From: Takakia lepidozioides
Taxonomy: Eukaryota; Plantae; Bryophyta
Direction: 5' to 3'
Length of the DNA stretch: 64,000 bases
Assembly (NCBI GenBank): GCA_030704615.1
Contig: CM060732.1
Coordinates: 4,092,001-4,156,000, forward strand
Shown here: positions 49,292 to 62,046 of the stretch, one piece after another
How positions within the stretch are numbered: position 1 is the stretch's first letter
How the letters are laid out: the number at the start of each line of letters is the position of its first letter
Position numbers and translations under genes: made by a program
Notes under the pieces: model-generated
What the model saw: only the letters and a program-made list of their open reading frames with translations
Database searches by the model: none
What the model was told of the DNA's origin: nothing

Positions 49292-52200
49292 ATGAGTAGT
49301 ACTGGAATCTCTGAACGGAGTGTCACATTCTGGCAGAGATTAAAGAAGCAGCGCCATGGACTGGGTAATATGGCACTAGCAGCATCTACTTGCATGCTAG
49401 CACTAAGATTAATTGACCAGGATAAGCAGATCAAGAAGTTGAGGGAGGAAGAATCAACGTTGGTGGCGTCGCTGAAGAGCGAGAATGAGAGACTTAGGGC
49501 AACGTTTGGAAGCCTCCATACAGCAGTGACGGAGGAAGTAGCGCGAGCGGGAAACAGGTGGGATTCCAAATTCATCACTAGCGATTATGGATAATTCGAT
49601 CTTTCCAGTGGTAAATCCGTCTTAGAATGGCAAGTTCGGTTTGCACACTTCGAGCTTTTTCCTTCTGGACCTCTCAAACTGCGCACCGCTTGGTTGCCAA
49701 GGGGGTATGCCGGTGCAAATGGCAACGTCACCGATCAGTACCGATACTAGCCTGTATTGTTTGGATAGGCACATTGTCGAACATGGGGGAGGTCCAATGG
49801 GGGCGCTGAAATCTCTGCCGTTAATGTGCAAGCAGGGTTTGCCAGACCCACATTTTGGGATGCACAGATTAGCGACTGTCTGACTACACTGTCTTTTTTC
49901 TGGGGTAAATTGGGAGACATTTTGTGTATGTTACGTGTGGAATAGGGGGTACATGTTCTCTTCAATTTATGGCCTCATAGATGCAGGACGGTCCAGAATG
50001 GGTTGCAGAAACGTAGCTGTTTTGCTTTTCGCTGTATTATTAGTTGTTCAAAGGTTGCATCTAGTATGCAGGAGGCCGATTGGAACCTATCCAGCAGGTT
50101 TAGTATGGCTCAGAATATGGGCCTCTCTTTCAGCCTTCTTGTTGAAGCCAACTCTAAATACTGTATGGTCCAAGTATTAAAGTCACTGTTCAAAAGGACA
50201 CATGCATTCCTTTAAATGCTTGAGCATGTGTTTCAGAGAGCAGGGTTGAAGGGTGTGTAGTGATGAAAATGGTGCAGGTTGCCCCCTCTTACAGACAGGC
50301 TCCAAACTTTGCTGGATGAGAGCTTCAGCACAGGAACATCTCCACTATTTTCAACTGATGAAGAAGCAAGTGTGTACCCCTCTCTCTCTCCATAGCTCCG
50401 TCAAACAACGTCTTATGAGTGCGCTGTCACTGCATAGTCCCTGACCCTCTGTTCACCAACTTTCAAAATCCTGAGGCTGAGCCTAAAGCCCTGGCCTGTT
50501 GGGATTTCTAGGGAAATCTGCAAAAGCCCAAACCAATTGTTTATATCAAGGTAAGTCCAACTACTGGAGTGAGCCCCTCACAAGGGTAGCGTCTGTTCCC
50601 TCTTGTTCAGCCAAAATTGGGCACGGGGTCTAAGGCCACAAGGCTTTGGCAAATGTTGAGTACATCCATTCTCTCTCCCCCTCTCTCCCCGTCTTTCTGT
50701 CCAAACTGGGCGCGGGGTCTATTCCCACGAGGTTACGGCAAACAAGCTTATGAGTACATTCTCTCCCTCCCCCTCTCTATGTGGATGGGGGATGCTTGTG
50801 TGAAGGGCTTTCTAGAGGATATTTGGAAAACCCGAACTAATTGTTGTCATCATGGTAAGTCACCCTACCAGAGTGAGCTCCTCACAAAGGTAGTTGTTCC
50901 CTTTTGTTCCACCCAGACTGCGCGCAGGGTCTATGGCCACAAGGCTACGGCAAACAACGTCTTATGAGTCTCTCGATGGGGGACCAACACAATAACTACT
51001 CCTCTATGCCGATGATGATGTTTTACTGGAACAATATCCTGTCTTCCTACAATGACACCTTCGCATCCTACAAGACTTCTCCAAAGACTACGGGTCCTCA
51101 GCAAAACCAAAATCATGGTTTTCAATGACTAGGCTGCTTGGAGATTCCTCTTCAACTAACAAGAGATGGAGGTCGTGAAATCACACCCATACCTACTAGG
51201 TCTGGTAATTCGCTCACCCAATTATCAGTTTGCATCGACAGCTTGACGAAGGGCAAGGCTGCCTCCATACGCCTACAGGCTATATATGCAAACAAATACA
51301 CCTGCGGCACCCCCCCACCAAAAAGTTGCTTTTTGACTGGGTTGTCACCCCTGCCACCATTTATGGCTGTTAGTTCTGGGCACCAGTTTGGAACCGCTGC
51401 ATTGGTCTTCCTCCAAGGAATGCTTGGGGCTAGAGGTACAACGCCATCACAAATTCAATGTGAGGAAATTTGCATGCATTCCGCATGAGACGGAGGCCAT
51501 CTTCCGGCTTACAATCTTGCTTACAATGTTACAAGCCCTTCCACCCAAAGGGATGATAGCCCGGGCTCTTACAACATCCATCAGCTCCTGGTATGCTCAT
51601 GTGTCCAACTTTTTTGAGGGCAATGGACTCTCCGTTGCTTCCCTACTGCCACAAAATACAGAGCGGGTGGAAATTGTGTCCAAACAGGACTGCAATAGAT
51701 GCATCAGGCAAGAACTTATGGAACTTCACGTCAGGCAAAACCAGCCAATCTTACAAACAAAATTGAAGTTCTATCAGGAGACATTCTTGGTCCTCCGTGG
51801 ATCTTGCGACCAAATTACCTGTCTGCAGCTCTATCTCTCTCTCTTTGAAGGGCATTGGGGAGGTTCAGGGTGGGCTGAACCTGCGGATAGAGACTGGTAA
51901 GTGGGACAACCTGCAATGCCCCACTTGGGTTGGGAACAACAGGGAAAACGGAAGTGAAGAACATTTCTTCTTTCACTGTCCATGGAAGGTTCAATTTTGT
52001 ATCTGTTATACTCAATCTCTCCCGGAGCTCTTTCACTACGAGGATCAGAAATGCTTGGCAGCTTACATGCATGAGGCTATTGCTTTTGGGCCGCTTGTGG
52101 AGTGCCCCTCGCTTGTTTCTTTCTTTCTCTAGTCCCATAAGCTCTTTGAGGCTCCCTCGGCCGTTATAAAGTACTCTCAACTACCTGGCTGGTTTGCCCA

Positions 52201-53228
52201 GCCCATCTTTGCTACTACAGCATTAATCTATTGTACCTTGTGATCAATGATTGAAGTACTCTATTTAATCAATCATTTCGAGATGGTTGGCTGGTGGAGC
52301 ACTTGTACCTCAGCCATTTTGCTTTTGTCTTGACTGTTAACTCTCTGTGAGAATCCCAGGCATCTCCCTCTCTCCTTCCCTGCCTTTCTCCCTCTCTCTT
52401 TTCATACATGGTTCCAGCCAAACTGGGCGCAGGGTCTATGTCTACAAGGCTACGGCAATCAACGCCATATGAGTACATTCTCTCTTTTGAGCGCAATGGA
52501 CTCCCCATTGCTTCCCTACTGCCACAATATACAGAGGGGGTGGATGTTGCGTCCAAACAGGACTGCAATAGATGCATCAGAAGAGAACTTACGGAACTGC
52601 ACATCAGGCAGACATGGAAACCAACTACTCTTACGCACAAAACTGCAATTCTATCGGGAGACATGCTTGGTTCTCTGTGATGATATGATCTTGCGGCCTA
52701 ATTCTGTCTGCAGCCCTATCTCCCTCTCTTCTAAGGGCATTGGGGAGGCTGGGTGACCTCCCACAGTCTTCAGATAGGTGGAAAATCTGCAGCGTGAAGA
52801 CCGACTATGCCCCGCTTGCGCTGGGATCTACAGGGAAATTGAAAGTGACGAACACTTCTTTCAATGCCGTTTAGGCTATGGGATCCGTGGGGATTCAACT
52901 GTCTATTCCCGGATAATCAATCTCTCATGGAGGTCTTCTGTCACGAGGATCAGAAATGCTTGGCAGCTTACCTGCATGAAGTGTTGACTCTTAGACCATC
53001 CCTTGAGCTGTAGGTTCTTTTGGGCTGTTTGTGGCACCTCTCTCTTCTTGTTTCTTTCTTCCTCTTGTCCATAAGCTCTTTGAGCTTCTCGCAGACTTTA
53101 TAAATTACAATTTCATTTGTCTTTGCCAGTTATCTGTTACACATCGTCTGAGAGGACTGATGGTTGACTGGATGGCAGGTGACAGTTTTCAGCCAGAGAG
53201 GAATGGCCAAAAAACTTTTATGGTATGA
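49292..53228 (+). CDS. Small conserved plant protein (hydrophobic segment + coiled coil; resembles At1g48200 family from memory); exons 49292-49557, ~50299-50369, 53179-53228, possible extra mini-exon near 49988
   Basis: NMALAASTCMLALRLIDQDKQIKKLREE...LKSENERL; in-phase splicing to a short C-terminus KTFMV*. Confidence 0.65.
50400..53110 (+). mobile_element. Several degenerate LINE 3' fragments in the last intron
   Basis: QTKLKFYQETFL, NLRIETGKW, REDRLCPAC...ESDEHFF; 51620-52180 ~ 52490-53110. Confidence 0.7.
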
Positions 53229-54097
53229 GAAGAGGAGTGGGAGAGAGCAAGATGCAGAAACAGTCACAGATGCCAGGGGCAAGTGGCCAGCAAACTATCC
53301 AGCTCCCATGGCAACCTAAGTGTTCTTTCACATTTTGATAGTACTCTGTAGCTTGATAAGCCTGGACATTGATTTTCAGTTAGACTCCCTGTTCTGCTTT
53401 TCATCAAGTTTGAAGAACCTGTGACCATTTTAGTGAATAAAGATAGAGTCAGGGTGTCAATGTGAAGGTGGTTGGCCACCAGCAAGTCACCGAAGCTAAC
53501 CCTCGGCAGAACCCTTAAATCGTGGAACGCCCGCGTGCAGGGGCCTTACCGTGCGTGAAGCACAGGGAGAAAAATAGCACGTGTCGTTTTTCTATACCTT
53601 GGTTTGTGTAAGCGCCCTAAGGGCGGTTACATTGTGTAAGCACTCCCGCCACGCTGTACAGGGCGCTTACACAATGCAAGGCGCCTGGCAGGGCCCGCGG
53701 GTGCCATTCACGGAAATAAGCGCCCTGAAACTACAAAGAGATTTTTCGACAGGTGCTTTACGGGTAGAACACCCTATCACTAACCACCACCCCATTACTG
53801 GTCAGTCTGATAGGCAACCAATGGGGTGAATACTGGGCATGGGTGGACCTATATATGGAATACTTTCGGGCACAAACCCTGTCCCTGTTTCGCCCCCTGG
53901 CTATCCCTTTCACACCCCTAACAACATCAACGTGATGTTCTGTTAGGGTTGTAGATGTGCCCAAAAAGTCTTCACTAAGAGTGTGCCATTTGGGCACATA
54001 CTTAACAACATCAACGCCATGTGCAAAAAGATGCTTCAAACCAAAGCATCTTCCCAAATATGCTTCTTTTTAAAGCATCTTCCAAATATGCTTTCAT

Positions 54098-54265
54098 ACT
54101 TGTTAACAACTTACTTGTTAAGAACAACTCGATGTTAACAACCTACTTGTTCCGGACAACCTACTTGTACGGAACAACGGTTGTCCGGAACAACCCACTT
54201 GTTAACAACTAGTTGTTCCCAACATCCTACTTGTTATTAACCTACTTGTTCCCAACCTACTGTTC
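54098..54265. repeat. AACAAC(C)TACTTGTT quasi-palindromic tandem repeats (~15-18 bp)
   Basis: About 10 copies: acttgttaacaacttacttgtt...acaacctacttgttccggacaacctacttgt. Confidence 0.85.
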
Positions 54266-54419
54266 ATTTCAGGAGGCTTTCTTATTCATTACATGGTCAT
54301 GCCACACATATCATGTCATATTATCAGATCCATGAATTTAGATGCCTATGTATATGTCATGCCATACATCATTATTTTCTTGCCCCGCATATCCAATTGC
54401 GACTCTGCATGAAGTGGGG

Positions 54420-55460
54420 CCCATGGGGCCGCTCAGGCGACCGCTGCTACTGCCGGTTACCCAACACTCTCATTCTAAGCATGGGCGACCGGTTCAGGCG
54501 GTCGCCCCGTGCTGTGTTTAAACCGCGGCCAGTTGCAACTATCGCCCAATATTTTTCTGCATAGAGGCGACCGACTAAGCCGTCGCCCACGGTTACCCTG
54601 TCCTTTCTGGACCCGGCGGGCGACCGCCTCGCCGGTCGCCCATTATCTTGTCGAACCGGCCGACCCGTGAGCCCGACCGCGGACCGCCAACGTGGACCGC
54701 CCAAGAAATTGATATGGTGGCGGTCCGCTTCGGCAGCGTTGTGAGTGTCTCGAGGAATGATACTCGCAGCACACAACCTTGCAGAGGTATCACCTGCAAA
54801 TCGATGCCCTATTGCATATACCGGTAGAGGTATAGTCTGCCACTATCTACATCACTGTAGAGTTATCACCTGTAAATCCATGCCTTGTTTCAAGGACACA
54901 TTAGATGCATAGTCTTTCATTGAATATGTACATCACTTTAGAGGCATCACCTTAACTTTAGATCGGTGTTTCATGCACACACAGTAGAGGCATAGTCCGT
55001 GATAACAGCGCACACCCTTTCAGAGGTATCACTTGGAAGTCCAACCCTCCATTTTCCGAAACACATCGGCGACCGCCAAAGCGGTCGCCGCTTATTTGTA
55101 AAAAATGCGGAGCCCACCATGTCTTGTGGCTCGCGGGCTTATCTTCTTTAGGCGGGCGACCGCGTGAATATGGTCGCCCATTGCCATCCATAAATGGGCG
55201 ACCGCCACTTCCTGCGACTCGCGACCACCCATTATCTTCTTTAGACGGGCAACCGTTTGGACGGTCGCCCACTGTCATGCTTAAAAGGGCGACTGCCAAC
55301 GGCTGTCGCCCGTTATGAAGGTGAAGCTTGAACACGATGTGAGGGTGATGCGTAGTTCTCATTCGCTACGTACGCCTTTGTAAAGGTATGACCCGAAAGT
55401 CGTCGCCAGTATTTTGTTTCGGTGGGCGATTGCTAAAGCGGCCGCCCATGGCCGCTACAA
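54420..55460. repeat. GGCGACCG/CGGTCGCC inverted-motif array (DNA-transposon subterminal-like)
   Basis: More than 20 copies in alternating orientation, often paired as small hairpins. Confidence 0.75.
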
Positions 55461-56560
55461 TGCAAGCTCGGGACATGAAGTCAATCATCCTAAAATGGCA
55501 GAGGGTGAGGATTCCACACTAACAGAGACCAACAGATCAACAGAGATATGGGCTGTAGGGCACAAAGATTGTTTGTGTGTTTGAGGCACTATTATGCAAG
55601 AAGTATTTCATATCTCCGAAGACAACATCATGCCCTTGATGCGAGGATATCAGTTATATATGGTTTCTGGATCGGCAACTGTCTTATTCTTGCCCTCGAT
55701 ACACTTCTCATTTCAAGCCTTGCGTTCGACGCTACAGATAGTTCGGATTTGTGCCCGAGGGGGTGTAGGAGGTAGTGTGCCAGCGCAGAATGGTTGTAAT
55801 TACCTTAGACATCTATTGTTCCTCAGTTTTGCAAGAATACACCTAACTATAGCTGCAAGGTGATGCGGAAATTCGACCCAGGATTCTGTCTTTCACCATC
55901 TAGGGAGGCTCCCGGGGTACATTATGTTACAAGTGTGTGGAAAGTGGATGTGGACAATAGAAACGTACCTTGCATTTCGTGATGAGTTTGCCTCTCAAAG
56001 ATTCACGTTATAATTATACAAGTAGGCCGGGGGACGTGACTCTTCTATCTTTGCATGTCCCCGGGCCTACTTGCATAACTATAACATAATTCGTTGAGAG
56101 GCATACTCATTGCAACATGCTAGGTGCGTTTGTATCTTCCACGTCCACTTTCCACATACCTGTAAGGAAAGTTGTCGTGGAACGATACACATGGAAGACG
56201 GGTGAAGGTGAAGTAGGAACAGGATATGAGGCTTTCGTGTAGTCTGTCGTTCACTACGACCATCTTTGCATAGGTGGTACCCTAAAATCTACATTTGTAC
56301 ACCTATAGAGGTATAGTCTGCCACTCACAACCTACATCGTGATAGAGATATCACCTAAAAATATAATCCCTGTTGCATACACGAATAGATGTATAGTATG
56401 CCCGTCACAGCCTACATCGGTACAGAGGTATCACCCAACAATGTAATCCCTGTTTGTACACCAATGGAGGTATAGTTTGTCAGTCGTAGCCTACATCGTT
56501 ACAGAGGTATCACCCGAAAGTGGACTCCATGTTTCATACACAAGTAGAGGTATTATTTGT
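54770..56560. repeat. ~75-bp minisatellite units (AGAGGTATCACC...AGAGGTATAGTC...CTACATC) in two clusters, 54770-55035 and 56270-56560
   Basis: Direct visual alignment of units. Confidence 0.75.
55934..56158. other. Long imperfect inverted repeat (~105-bp arms, ~14-nt loop)
   Basis: gtgtggaaagtgga...caagtaggccgggggac / gtccccgggcctacttg...tccactttccacat; arms colinear with no indels. Confidence 0.9.
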
Positions 56561-56751
56561 CATTGTGAGCCTATATCCACAGTGCATGAAAGTGATACTC
56601 CCATTGGGTCTTGCTCTTTTAATTTGCATAGCATTTTGGAGGTTGGAAAGTCCTCCCATTTCAGCATGTTGCCAAGGGATTTTTGGTTGGGATGGGTGTG
56701 GGGGCGCCTTAGGCTGCCCTTGTGAGGGTGGGAATGTCATGACATATGAAT

Positions 56752-58370
56752 TCATGGCGACATCTTCAAAGCTGGAATTGTACCAGATGTCATTCTGAAC
56801 AAGACCCTGGTGGACATGTTTGCAAAATGTGGGTGCATCGAGGATGCAAAGGGAGTGTTCAACACTATGGCTGATCAAGATGTGGTGTTGTGGAGTGCGA
56901 TGCTTGCAGGGTATGCACAGCAGGGACATGGGATGGAGGCTTTGGAGACCTATATGAGCAAATGATGGGGGGAAGCACATCATGTTTGTGTGCATTTGCA
57001 ATGCTTGTGCAAGCCTGGCAGCCCTGAAGAAGGGCAAAGAGGTGCATGGGGATATCATCAAAGCTGGAATTGTACCAAATGTCAACCTAAACACTGCCCT
57101 GGCAGCTCTGGAAAAGGGGAAAGAGGTGCATGGCGACATCTTCAGAGCTGGTGTACCAAATGTCATTCTGAACAATACCCTGGTGGACATGTTTGCAAAA
57201 TGTGGGTGCATCGAGGATGCAAAGGGAGTGTTCAACACTATGGCTAAACAAGATGTGGTGTTTTTCCCTCTCATTAGACTCGGCCCTGAGATGCATATTG
57301 AATTTTGTAAATTAGCTTGTTGGCTTCTGAAAGAGGATCAAGAGAGGGAGTCCATAATGCCTCTTCTGGCTCTTCTGGGCATTTGAAGATGCTTTGTGAG
57401 GCAGGCAGACTGAACGAGGCTCTACAGACTTTAAACCATGGAGCATTTCAGCAGATTCAGATATGTATGTATGTGTCTTGCTTAAGTGCATAAAGATGAA
57501 AGGTCTAGAAGCTGGAAAGCAGGTGCTCACCCACATCATCCAAAGTGGACACCCTTGTCAACATGTATGTTAAGTGCGGGAGCATAATGCCTCAACGATC
57601 TTTGATTACGTGGAATACAATGTTGGCAGGATTTACCAAGCATGGGTGTGGTAGGAATGCTTTGGAGACATATGAGCAAATGTTGCGCGAAGGGGTGAAG
57701 CCCAACCACATCACATTTGTTTGTGTTTGCAATGTGTGTGCAAGCCTGGGAGTCCGTGTGCTAAATCGTCAAATCTGGAATTGTATCATATGTCATTCTG
57801 AAGACTGCCTGGTGGACATATATATCAAATGTGGGTGCATCAAGGATGCAAAGGCAGTGTTCAACAATATGGTTGAATGAAATGTGGTATCGTGGAGTGC
57901 AATAATTGCAGGATATGCACAGCAGGGGCGCGGGGTGGAGGCTTTGGAGACCTATGAGCAAATGATGCGGTAAGGGGTGAAGCCCGACCCCATCACGTTT
58001 GTTTGCGTGTGCAAGCCTGGCAGCTCTAGAAAAGGGCAAAGAGGTCCATGGCGACATTGTCAGAGCAAGAATTGTACCAAATGTCCATTTGAACAATACC
58101 CTTGTGGACGTGTATGCAAAATGTGGGTTCATCGAGGATGCGAATTAGAGAGTTTTCAACACTATGGCTGAACAAGATGTGGTGTAGTGGAACGCGATGC
58201 TTGCAGGGTATGCACAGCAAGGACGTGGGATGAAGGCTTTGGTGTTCTATGATCAAATGATGGGGGAAGGGGTGAAGCCCGACCACATAACATTTGTGTG
58301 CATTTGCAATTCATGTGCAAGCCTAGCAGCTCTGGAAAAAGGCAAAGAGGTCCATTGTGACATTGTCATT
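56752..58370 (+). pseudogene. PLS-class PPR fragments (two or more pieces, including an N-terminal LCEAGRLNEAL segment)
   Basis: Repeated DVV.W.AMLAGYAQQG / TLVDMFAKCG / GKEVH motifs with many stops and frameshifts. Confidence 0.9.
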
Positions 58371-58789
58371 TGCAATCCCCCTTTCATCTCTACATCTGTT
58401 TGCTGTTCAAAGGTAGGCTTCCTGGTCACCTGATCCTTAAGCACCCAAGACTTAACCTGGTTGGAGTTATCAACCCACACTGCAGAAGTGTACTCCAAGG
58501 CAAGCCTAATAACGCGACAAAGCATGGTTTATTTTACTTCAGAGTTGATCCAGATTACCTATCATTCCCTGTGGAAGGGCAGGTATAAGAAATAGATGGT
58601 CAACTGGAAGTAGCAGCAGCAGCAGCGGCACAATTGCACCTTCTTCAACACATTTCACCCTGTTTTTCCCTCTTATTAGAATCGGTCCTAAATTTTCATG
58701 TTGGATTCTGCAAATTAGCTGGTTGAGTGAACCTTTGATAGTTTGGAGTGACTGACATGACACTGCCAATGTGACAACATGAAAGTATC

Positions 58790-59128
58790 CAGAAACAGAT
58801 AACAGCGACGAGAAGCTGTGGAATGAATACTTTTCTGACCCCAGTCAATGGTGGGACAATCTATGCAAGAAGGTGAATGCCTGTTGGATTATAGAGAGTA
58901 ACAGATACAATTGAGCATATGAACTAGTGTGATGAGTTGAGTTGGGTGTTTCCGAGAACAAATCTAGGCTGTCATTGTCAGCTGTTAGCAGCAAGGCAAG
59001 GATGTATGCATGATTTGTGGATAGGTATGGATAGCTGTAGGAGCAGGGATAGAGTGTGGGTGAAGATCCATCCAAGAGGGCCGGACTTCATGAAGCATAG
59101 GCAGCCTCTGAAGCTCATTTTCTGGTAA
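58790..59128 (+). pseudogene. OSB PDF-motif fragment (exons to 58872 and from 59066)
   Basis: EKLWNEYFSDPSQWWDNLCKK | IHPRGPDF; intron homologous to 37051-37224. Confidence 0.8.
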
Positions 59129-59213
59129 GGTACATGTCATTCGTAATTGTCGTCCCTTGTTCTCAGTTTGCAAATTTAGCTTTTAATGCAAACAACTCAT
59201 AATTATGTTTGAT

Positions 59214-59370
59214 CACTACAACAGATTGCGGCCTTTTATGACTCCCATGGGTGCGCAGTCATGACAGATTTGTGGCATAAATGCCATTTGCAGTCGTAAA
59301 TGCCTTTGAAGTCATAACGCAGGTCTGGGGAAGACGTATATGCGACTACATGACTCCGGACTCTACGCAA
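59214..59370 (+). mobile_element. CACTA terminus of a related family
   Basis: CACTACAACAGATTGCGGCCTTTTATGAC plus ATGACT/AGTCAT subterminal motifs. Confidence 0.75.
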
Positions 59371-59374
59371 CACA

Positions 59375-61080
59375 GGTCAAACGGTTCAAAAACGGAATGG
59401 AAAAAAAATCATGTGCACGCGAAACGCAGTCCAACAGGTCCCACAATAATAGCAGATGAACCAGAATTCATTGAATGGATCAAATGAATTTGAGCAAATA
59501 ATTAGGTTTACATTGCCTTTGATTGGGGGTTTCTGCTACGTATCGATTTTGTTTTTGGCTCAATTTTGTTGGGCGGCTTCAAGCCTCCCACCGCTACATC
59601 CTTGCAAACATTTGGACCAAAAAAAAAAAAAAAAAAAAAAAAAACTCTTCGCTCACTATTGCAGAACTCTCTATAAAGAGTGCATGTAATAGAACGCAAA
59701 TCAAGTTTGGAGTGCAAAACAGGGAAGAAACTATGGTTTTGGGTCCAAATGAATTTTGTTCACTCCAAAAATTGGCGTGCACGTAACATATGTCCTCATT
59801 ACACATACGGTTCAAAAATGGAATGGAAAAAAAATCATGTACACACGAAACACAGTCCAACAGGTCCCACAGTAATTGTAGATGAACCAGAATGGGTCAA
59901 TGGATGGTTGCCCATCCAAATCATTTTTGTTTGCTTTCAAACTTTGCCAGTACGTTCGGTATACCCTCTCACAGGTCCCGGACTAATATGAGATCAATCG
60001 AAATTCATTCGATGACGGATGGTTGTCCATCGAAATGATTTTGGTTCGCTTTGAGACTTGTCCAGTATGTTCAATGTACCATCTAAGAGGTCCCAGTGTA
60101 ATATAAGATCAATCGAAATTCGTTCAATTGGCGAATGAGGCGTTCACCTCTCATCCAATTTGTGTTCATTGCGAAAAATAAATCTTGCAATGCGTGCACG
60201 GCTATTGCACCCATTTAACGGATGTGGTTGAAGCCCACATTTTGCCCGCATGGCCTTGGACATGTGTGTGACACATGTGCAGAGACACAACAAAAGAAAA
60301 AAAATCATTTGCCTCCCCATCGACGCGCTCACCCCTCAACGAATTTAATTGAATTTAAATGAATTTGAAGCAAATAATTAGGTTTATATTGCCTTTGATT
60401 GGGGGTTTCTGCTACGTATTGATTTTGTTTTTGGCTCAATCTTCTTGGGCGGCTTCAAGCTTCCCACCGCTACATCCCTGCAAAAATTTGGACAAATTTT
60501 TTTTAAAAAAAAATTAAAAAATATATATATATATATTCTCTTCGCTCACTATTGCAAAACTCTCTATGAAGAGTACATGTAATAGAACGCAAATCAAGTT
60601 TGGAGTGCAAAACAGGGAATAAACTATGGTTTTGGGTCCAAATGAATTTTGTTCACTTCCAAATTTGGCACGCACGTAATATATGTCCTCATTACACATA
60701 TGGTTCAAAAATAGAATGAAAAAAATCATGTGCACGCGAAACGCAGTCCAACAGGTCCCACAGTAATAGTAGATGAACCAGAATTCATTGAATGGGTCAA
60801 CGGATGGTTGCCTATCCAATTCATTTTTGTTTGTTTTCAAACTTTGCCAGTACGTTCGGTATACCCTCTCACAAGTCTCGGACTAATATGAGATCAATCG
60901 AAATCCATTTGATGGCCCAACGGATGGTTGTCTATCGAAATAATTTTGGTTCGTTTTGAAACTTGGCCAGTATGTTCAATGTACCATCTAATCCCAGAGT
61001 AATATGAGATCAATCAAAATTCGTACAATGGGCCAACGGATGGTTGCCCATCCAAATGATTTTCGTTCGTTTCAAGACTT
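59375..61080. repeat. Non-coding repeat with ~880-bp tandem duplication (59480-60130 ~ 60355-61025) and ~105-bp sub-repeats
   Basis: atgagatcaatcgaaa...ggatggttg units; near-identical blocks. Confidence 0.85.
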
Positions 61081-62046
61081 GGCGATGTCCTCTACAACTA
61101 TGTGCCCCACTCCAGTATGCCGAAGGACACAAAGACAGGCAAACCGTGGCGGTACAGCCGGACCCGGAGCCCTGCTTTCATCCAAACCCTCATGGAGACG
61201 TGCTCGGATGTCCAAGGGCGGATTCTTGACCTCACATGTGGCACGGATAAGCCTTCACGTGCTCAGTTTGTCCCCTGGCCCGATTGCAATTTCATGCCAC
61301 AAGCTATTAACCGCCCGCTTTGTTCCTCAGGTGCTTCAATGTGGGCAGGGACGTTGTCCGACAGGCATGTGTTTGCCTTCGAGCCAGATACTGCCCTCCA
61401 CAACTCGGAACTTGCAGCGGCTGAACGTCTGCCCAAAGAGGAAGAGGCACCCTCGGAGGATGAGGAAAAACCCGAGAAGGAGCAGGGGGAGGAACAAGTT
61501 GGGATCAAGGCCGAGGAGCCCCCGGTTTACGAGTGAGTGGTCGCATTGTAAGTTGCCTCGAGATTTCGTGAGGCACCTCCCTTTGCTCTCTTATTTCATT
61601 GAAAACCCTTTCTGCTTCTGCTGGTATTGACATTCTTGAAGTGGATTTGTTCTTACTGTAGGATGCCAAGTACTGCAGGAGGGACGTCTACACCGGAGTT
61701 CATGGGCAGGAGGAACGTGCCTTTTTTTGCCAGGGGGGATTTCATGCCTAGTCCAGAAAGGGACTACATCCTTCCCACTTATGCTGCCCGGCTTGCTTCG
61801 GTGTCCATTAGGAGGTCTTCCGAACCTAGTCGTGTACAACAGATTTTAGACGAGGCAAGCCTCAAGAAAATGAAGATGAGGGAGGAGACAGCAGATATTA
61901 GAGCCCGTCGGGCTCGTAGATTTGTCTTGGATTCTGCTGAGGAAAGTGGGGGAGAAGAGGCAGAAGATTCCCAGGAGGTGAGGTGGACAGTCCCCCAAAG
62001 AGAGGATGGAATTTTTAAGAGGCATAGTGCAACCGATGCATCATAG
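61078..62046 (+). pseudogene. 5'-truncated amino (N4C/N6A, beta-class-like) DNA methyltransferase SAM-binding half plus acidic tail; exons 61078-61246, 61331-61532, 61662-62046
   Basis: Spliced RTRSPAFIQTLMETCSDVQGRILDLTCGTGASMWAGTLSDRHVFAFEPD fits the N6_N4_Mtase C-terminal pattern KP..L...LI...S..G..VLD.F.GSG.T..A....R...G.E.D; first intron donor reads ATAAG instead of GTAAG. Confidence 0.62.
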
